From Sphyrna mokarran (taxonomy: Eukaryota), in assembly GCA_024679065.1 (NCBI GenBank), contig JAGIQG010000040.1:6014001-6078000 (forward strand): a stretch of 64,000 nucleotides of DNA, in the 5' to 3' direction. Under the pieces are notes generated by a model. The model was given only the letters and a program-made list of their open reading frames with translations, searched no databases and was not told the DNA's origin. The translations under genes and the position numbers were made by a program. Position 1 is the first letter of the stretch. Every line of letters begins with the position of its first letter. Of the stretch, positions 62,616 through 64,000 are shown piece after piece.

Positions 62616-64000
62616 TAACAATTGATTTTCAAATTGAGAACAAAGCACGTGTGCTCTAAGCTGCCCAATGTATGTAGAATCGATACCAGAAAGAGAAACC
62701 AGGAGTTCAACAAAAAGAGAAGGAAACCATTCTTCATAACCAATATGAAAAGTTGCTTGTCTATTCGTGAAATCTCGGCGAAACTACGAGCTATATTTAA
62801 TTTACAATATTTAATATGGTTTCTCGATCTCTGGTCTTGCTCACGGTGCCACTGAGCGATTGGCTGTTTCTCAAACCATCATCCACTTGAACCGTCACTG
62901 CTTCCGATCCTCTCTGCTTCCTGTGTGTAGCAGCAGAGTATATTGGTTCTTGCGGCTGAATCATAGACTGTTGTAGCGCTAACAGGGACCATTCGGCCAT
63001 TTCTCACGTACTGTCCCTGTTAATGCCTTGTCCACTTATTCTTTATCTGCAGCTTGCATTCAATCGCGCATTCTTAATTTTTCATTTGCTGGTCAAATAT
63101 TTATCCACCCGTCTCTGAAAATTACTTATAGATTCTGTCCCCATTACAGTTTGGTGTGCACTGTCGCAACCTCCAATAGTCGACTGCTCAAAACACAAAG
63201 GTCGCTCTCTCCGGAATCACCGGAAATGCTGCCATCCAATCAGGCACTGAGACACCAGCCCATTGTCTTTGTTTCTGTCCAACCTTTTCCAAACCTGCCT
63301 TGAATGTGTATTAGTCTGACAACTACTTCCGAACAGAATTGCTGCTCCTCTGAAAATGTCCTCAGTTGCTCTATTTTGCTTCCAGCGTTGTGCTCTCTCA
63401 TCCCCCATTTCATCTTTCCAGTCTTTCCTACACACTGTGTCTGAGATTAACGCTAAAGCAACGAAGAGTCACTAAACGGATCCATGTCTTTGAACTGTGT
63501 TCTAAACAATGATGTGTGCAGGCTTACACATGTTCCCTTGTGTTCTCAAATCTGCTTCCTTCTTAATAATCCTCGGATTCTGCATTTGTTTAATGACATA
63601 GCAACCTGTTCTCCGTTTTGTTTTAAGTTTATTTATCAGTATCACAAGAAGGCTTACATTAACACTGCAATGAAGTTAATGTGAAATTTCCCTTCTCGGG
63701 ATAGTGAGCAAAGCCCAAATTTACGGATAGGGCAATATCCAGTGACGGGTCTTTAGGTGACCTGGTTCAGAAAATTCAACTATTTAAATATTAAGTAAAT
63801 CTGAGTAATGTTAAAGAAAAATCACAGTCTTTTTAAGCTTCTCTTTCTTTATGAAGTGCAGATTAAATAAACAGAATTGACTATGATGGCATAAAATGAA
63901 GTTAACATTGATTTTGATTCATTCTTCATTTTCTCTGAATTGAAGCGTGTTTTTATTCGGCATAATAACAACAATAAGTTTGTGAAATAATCAGTATGAG

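Noticed and set aside
1-64000. CRISPR arrays, tRNA/rRNA genes or prokaryotic systems
   Set aside because: No repeat-spacer arrays or intact tRNA/rRNA were seen, and the sequence is clearly vertebrate.

Overview
Vertebrate genomic DNA, very likely from a cartilaginous fish (shark-type CR1 LINEs, HE1/V-SINE-like SINEs, Penelope-type termini). The window is part of a germline T-cell receptor alpha/delta-type V-segment array. Eleven V genes lie on the minus strand. Each has a 46-bp leader exon, a 99-117 bp GT-AG intron, an open V exon and a 23-bp-spacer RSS. They fall into three subfamilies: V1; V2/V4/V7/V9; and V3/V5/V6/V8/V10/V11. From about 11.7 kb onward the array is built from recent tandem duplications of an ~11.55-kb two-V cassette (A) and a 6-7-kb one-V cassette (B), in the order A-B-A'-A''-B'-B*. 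Non-coding elements carried in the cassettes include: full-length variant U1 snRNA genes (30243-30407, 59605-59769); palindromic Penelope-type elements containing minimal hammerhead-ribozyme motifs; CTCF-like motifs, including a divergent pair; and a young CR1 LINE whose long 3' UTR holds a structure-conserving RNA module plus a V-SINE-like domain. Paralog comparisons suggest gene conversion and CDR-focused divergence. Most other ORFs in the supplied track are spurious or retroelement fragments. All alignments were made by eye; no database searches were run.
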